Positions 60,452 to 64,000 of a DNA stretch of 64,000 nucleotides are shown in pieces. Location: the NCBI GenBank assembly GCA_963769885.1, contig CAVYNH010000004.1:32001-96000 (forward strand), read 5' to 3'. Source of the DNA: Methanobacteriota archaeon. GTDB lineage: Archaea > Thermoplasmatota > E2 > DHVEG-1. Position numbers and translations under genes: made by a program. Below the pieces are notes generated by a model that was not told the origin of the DNA, did not search any database, and was given only the letters and a program-made list of their open reading frames with translations. Each line of letters begins with the position of its first letter. The stretch's first letter is position 1.

Positions 60452-61381
60452 TCACAATTCTTCAGGAAGTTCGGTGAACCCTCTGTAATTGAGTTGCTGT
60501 AGCCAGTCTTCTTTGTTCACCCCCAGTTTATAGAGTGCCTTGATTGATTCCCTAACAATAGATCGTAGTGCTAATAAGTCACCGTCCGTAATATTGCTAG
60601 TGCCTGTATGTACCAACTTTGACCTTTTTCGGTACAACTCTCTTACCTCTTTATGGATCACGCTTGATGGTTTTTCCTTGCCTCCTAATAGAGTCGCGAC
60701 ATTACGAGAAATCCTATACTGTAGTTCGCCCTCATCAGTTGGATGGAAGAGAGTTTCTAATGCCATCATCAAGGAAAGGAAGGAGAGGTGCTTTGTCTCC
60801 ACCCTGAATGTAATTTCATAGTTCTCGTGTGCTAACTCCAAGGCAGGATTCTGGAAGGGTAGTTTTGTTGTTGTAAGGAACTCATTCAATCCCGCAAGTT
60901 CCTGAGTATTAAGAGAGTACCTTTCATGAGTAAAAGGAGGAATAATTAAGGTTCTAACAAAGACAAATGGTTTATCTTCGGTCATAATATAGAAGCGATA
61001 TTCCGGCATACAGATATTGCCTTCCTTGTACAATCTCATTAATTTGAGAGTATCATTTAGATAACCATGTACAAGATTTTTCTCGCAATCATCGAATTCC
61101 TGTGATTGAGGAAATGATATGCCAGGTTCACGAAATCTCATTTCTTCCTTTAATGTCTTAGTAATAAAATAGATTCTTTTTTCTCTAGAATGCATTAGGT
61201 ATGTAAGAATCAGTTTCTCATTCATATCTGAATGAGTTGAACCTTCAAGTAATGAGAAAAAATTTATAGCCTTATCAAGCGGAAATGAACCAATCTTGAA
61301 GCCGTACTTTAGTTTGACATTCTTGATTGATGCATCGACATTAGTAAGCAAGCCAAGGAAGTGAGCCTTTACTCTTGTCAT
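60452..61381 (-). CDS. HEPN-domain (ApeA-like) protein
   Basis: ALETLF...ELQYRISRNVATLLG...LYRKRSKLVHTG (RxxxxH). Confidence 0.82.
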   Translation of the reverse strand: MTRVKAHFLGLLTNVDASIKNVKLKYGFKIGSFPLDKAINFFSLLEGSTHSDMNEKLILTYLMHSREKRIYFITKTLKEEMRFREPGISFPQSQEFDDCEKNLVHGYLNDTLKLMRLYKEGNICMPEYRFYIMTEDKPFVFVRTLIIPPFTHERYSLNTQELAGLNEFLTTTKLPFQNPALELAHENYEITFRVETKHLSFLSLMMALETLFHPTDEGELQYRISRNVATLLGGKEKPSSVIHKEVRELYRKRSKLVHTGTSNITDGDLLALRSIVRESIKALYKLGVNKEDWLQQLNYRGFTELPEEL

Positions 61382-61499
61382 AAATCACAGAGAGTAGTAG
61401 GTATTCATTTAATTAGGTTGAGGCTTAGAGTACTAGCCTCACGAAATGATGTACTGGAGAACTTTTGCACTTTTTTAAGCCCCCCCATAGATTTCAGAT

Positions 61500-61890
61500 A
61501 GAAGAACACCGTTCCCGTCCGCAAGGATGGGATGCATGATGTTCTTCACAAAAGAAGTGGATACTTTTTGTAAGGCCCTTGAAGTCTTTGGGCTTTGGTA
61601 GCTTTCTGGTGTCAGTTGCGAAGGTGCGAGGTTATAGGGCTTAATATCGACGATATTCATTGCGAAGATAAGAAACTCAAACTACGACCAGATATAGTAA
61701 AAGGTGGAAGGCCAGCAACCATCAATATTTCCCAAGAAGCATTAGATATCCTGCAAGAATATCTTAACAACCATAGAGGAGAACCCATACCTTGCAATGA
61801 ACAGGCTCTCTTCCTACATAACGGTAGAAGGATATCAAAAACAACACTTTAGGAGATCGCCATAGAATACTGAGCCATAACGGGCCAAGG
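61500..61890 (+). pseudogene. Tyrosine recombinase (XerC/integrase-like) remnant
   Basis: LRRCEVIGLNIDDI, VKGG and ALF..NGRRIS followed by in-frame stops; no HxxR or catalytic Tyr; boundaries approximate. Confidence 0.72.
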
Positions 61891-62049
61891 TTGGTTCGGG
61901 ATGGGTCATATAACCTTGTAGACCCCAAGAAATTAAGCCATCGAAATTCCCTCTTTAAACAACGCACCATATTGTTACAGCAATATGGAAGAACGTCGTT
62001 CAAATGTGATACATAAAACTTATAGACCACCACTGCTTGAGTTTGATCA

Positions 62050-62601
62050 ATGGTCCTAAAAGCCTATGTGGTCGAGGAGATGAGACGACTACGACATGAG
62101 GAACATCTCTCGATCCGGGACATCGGGAAAACACTCCACATATCACCTACGACAGTAAGTAAGTATCTCCACGATAAAGACCAAGTGGCATCAAGATACA
62201 GGGAGAATTCACGGGTGCATACCAGTGAGCGGATAACGAAACAGGAGGAGATGTCAGCGGAAGATAAAATGTATACATTCCTTGAGAAGATGTATAAATT
62301 CGATTTACTCTGCCTTCGCTTACGTTTGGAAAGGAAACGATTGCAGGAACCGCCAGCCGCTGAACAACCCGTCGAGGAAAAAAAGTATCCCCTTGTTGTC
62401 GATGGAATACTTCTCCATCTGAATGCACATGATTTGCTTGAATGGAAGAAATATCAGTTAGAGAGGGAATCAGCTCGAGAAGAACGAGAGCTACGCATGA
62501 GGCGGACGATTTACGAAGAAGAGAACTGGGGAATGAGTAATGAAAAAAAGGATGAGGAAACATGGCGGAGGATGCTAGACAATGAGTTTGAAATGACCTA
62601 A
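62050..62601 (+). CDS. Hypothetical protein with N-terminal HTH
   Basis: LSIRDIGKTLHISPTTVSKYL followed by a charged helical tail. Confidence 0.7.
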   Translation: MVLKAYVVEEMRRLRHEEHLSIRDIGKTLHISPTTVSKYLHDKDQVASRYRENSRVHTSERITKQEEMSAEDKMYTFLEKMYKFDLLCLRLRLERKRLQEPPAAEQPVEEKKYPLVVDGILLHLNAHDLLEWKKYQLERESAREERELRMRRTIYEEENWGMSNEKKDEETWRRMLDNEFEMT

Positions 62602-62996
62602 TATAATTGCCTTGGAACTACGTATGGTCTAAAGCACTAGACTCGTGGGCTGGTAATTATAATAAAAAAAACCTCTTTTCTTCTGAATAGCCTTCTCCCG
62701 TCGGGATACGTGAGCCACAGGTAAAAATCTCCTAGTTTGGATATATATGCCTTTATAAGCAACTACCCTGTGACTATGACCTTTAGGAGGGAACACTGAG
62801 CTAGAGTTAAATCCAACTATTGGCACACGCCAAGTTCTAAAGCAGGCACTTTAATTTCCATCATATACTGTCACTAATCTTAACTCTTTTTTTCGACCGC
62901 TCGGTTTATTCATCATGGAGGATATTGGTTTTTCTAAGGGCGAATGCGTGAATAAGAAAAGACCAGATAAAAGAATAAGATCCATGCCTGATTCTT

Positions 62997-63926
62997 TTAT
63001 AATGTCTCCCCAATCATCAATGAATTTTGGGCAACCGATTCATATACAATATGATAAAAGAAATCTTTAATACTCTTCGAGTTCAAAAAAATTATTGGAA
63101 GTTTCCTCACATAAGGAGGTTCATTCCATATATTATTATAGATTAAAATTTTATTACTTTGTCTAGTTTGCAAATAAGATGGCAAAGGATATTCATAGAC
63201 TAACCAAGGAACTGGAGTTAATTTGAAATTCTCCACGTTTCCTTCTGTTAGTGTTATTTCAGTTGGTTTAAATTCACTTACCATTAAATCTGCATTGGTT
63301 ACTACCACTGGAACAAACCAAAAATTATATTTTATGTCATCACGAAATTGACAGTTTTTCATATCGAGTTCATCGAGTAGTTCAGCAAAATTTGATTTTA
63401 CCCCGAATAATGCATGAGATACTTCAGATGAGGCTTGATAAATCGATGTTGAATCATTCCTAATATTTTCTTTTTTCAGCATTTGACCTTTTTTATCGTT
63501 ATCATGTCTTAAAACAATTTGATCATAACAATAGGGTATTTTTATATTTGAAAAATGTTTAAAAAAATTATATTCATTCTCTATTTGCTGAGGTAATTCA
63601 ATTGCCCAAGATTCAATTGGTGCATCCTTTGTTTTAAAGAATATCCATTTGTTTTTTGCCGAATATGATTTCTTGCACTCTAAAATTAATTTGACAGTTG
63701 CTCTATCACGATCTGGTAATCTTTTGGTTGCTACAATGTCAGCAGCTCTTGACGCTCCTTTTTCCGATGTATATCTTTGTAGAGAATAAGGTGATTCGAG
63801 GTCGCAAGACCAGTGTAATTCGGATAATTTTTCAGCAACCGCTTTTCTAAAGAAAATCCCTTCACGAGCAATCGCATTTTGGATTTCGATAAGGTTATTC
63901 AAAGGATTATTATTTTCATCATTCAT
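62997..63926 (-). CDS. Hypothetical PD-(D/E)xK nuclease-like protein
   Basis: E...ADIVA...LILECKKS pattern. Confidence 0.65.
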   Translation of the reverse strand: MNDENNNPLNNLIEIQNAIAREGIFFRKAVAEKLSELHWSCDLESPYSLQRYTSEKGASRAADIVATKRLPDRDRATVKLILECKKSYSAKNKWIFFKTKDAPIESWAIELPQQIENEYNFFKHFSNIKIPYCYDQIVLRHDNDKKGQMLKKENIRNDSTSIYQASSEVSHALFGVKSNFAELLDELDMKNCQFRDDIKYNFWFVPVVVTNADLMVSEFKPTEITLTEGNVENFKLTPVPWLVYEYPLPSYLQTRQSNKILIYNNIWNEPPYVRKLPIIFLNSKSIKDFFYHIVYESVAQNSLMIGETL

Positions 63927-64000
63927 CCGGTTTTACCTCAAGAAATAGAATGGTCGGGTTGTTTTTGATGGTTTGGGTAGTTCCTTCGATAGACTTAAAA

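Overview
Archaeal chromosome segment, probably Thermoplasmatota (MBG-D/Thermoprofundales-like). This is inferred from the class I CCA-adding enzyme, membrane LonB, KaiC/RAD55 ATPases, gingipain/PKD/NosD secreted proteins and TATA-type promoters. Positions 1-38.8 kb are GC-rich core genome: four UbiA prenyltransferases plus a CruF-like protein, nadM, lonB, ychF, tatD-like, thpR, PAP2, cca, a receiver/PAS-kinase/wHTH operon, argS, a frameshifted gingipain, a pilin-like/KaiC module with two paralogous small proteins, corA and an arylsulfotransferase. This half shows kb-scale alternating A+C versus G+T strand bias that also covers intergenic DNA and opposite-strand genes. From about 38.9 kb to the end is an AT-rich accessory/defence island. 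It holds a compositionally chimeric 2004-aa S8 protease whose C-terminus and downstream non-coding element recur about 11 kb away, a decayed IS5-like element with a precise 93-bp internal inversion, an IS66 remnant, a BsuPI-domain protein, an OLD nuclease, an Mre11/Rad50-like pair, an intact IS110 with a structured 3' non-coding region, SIR2-like plus partner, HEPN, an integrase remnant and a PD-(D/E)xK protein. No complete tRNA, rRNA or CRISPR array was seen. All calls come from motif reading by eye; no searches were run.
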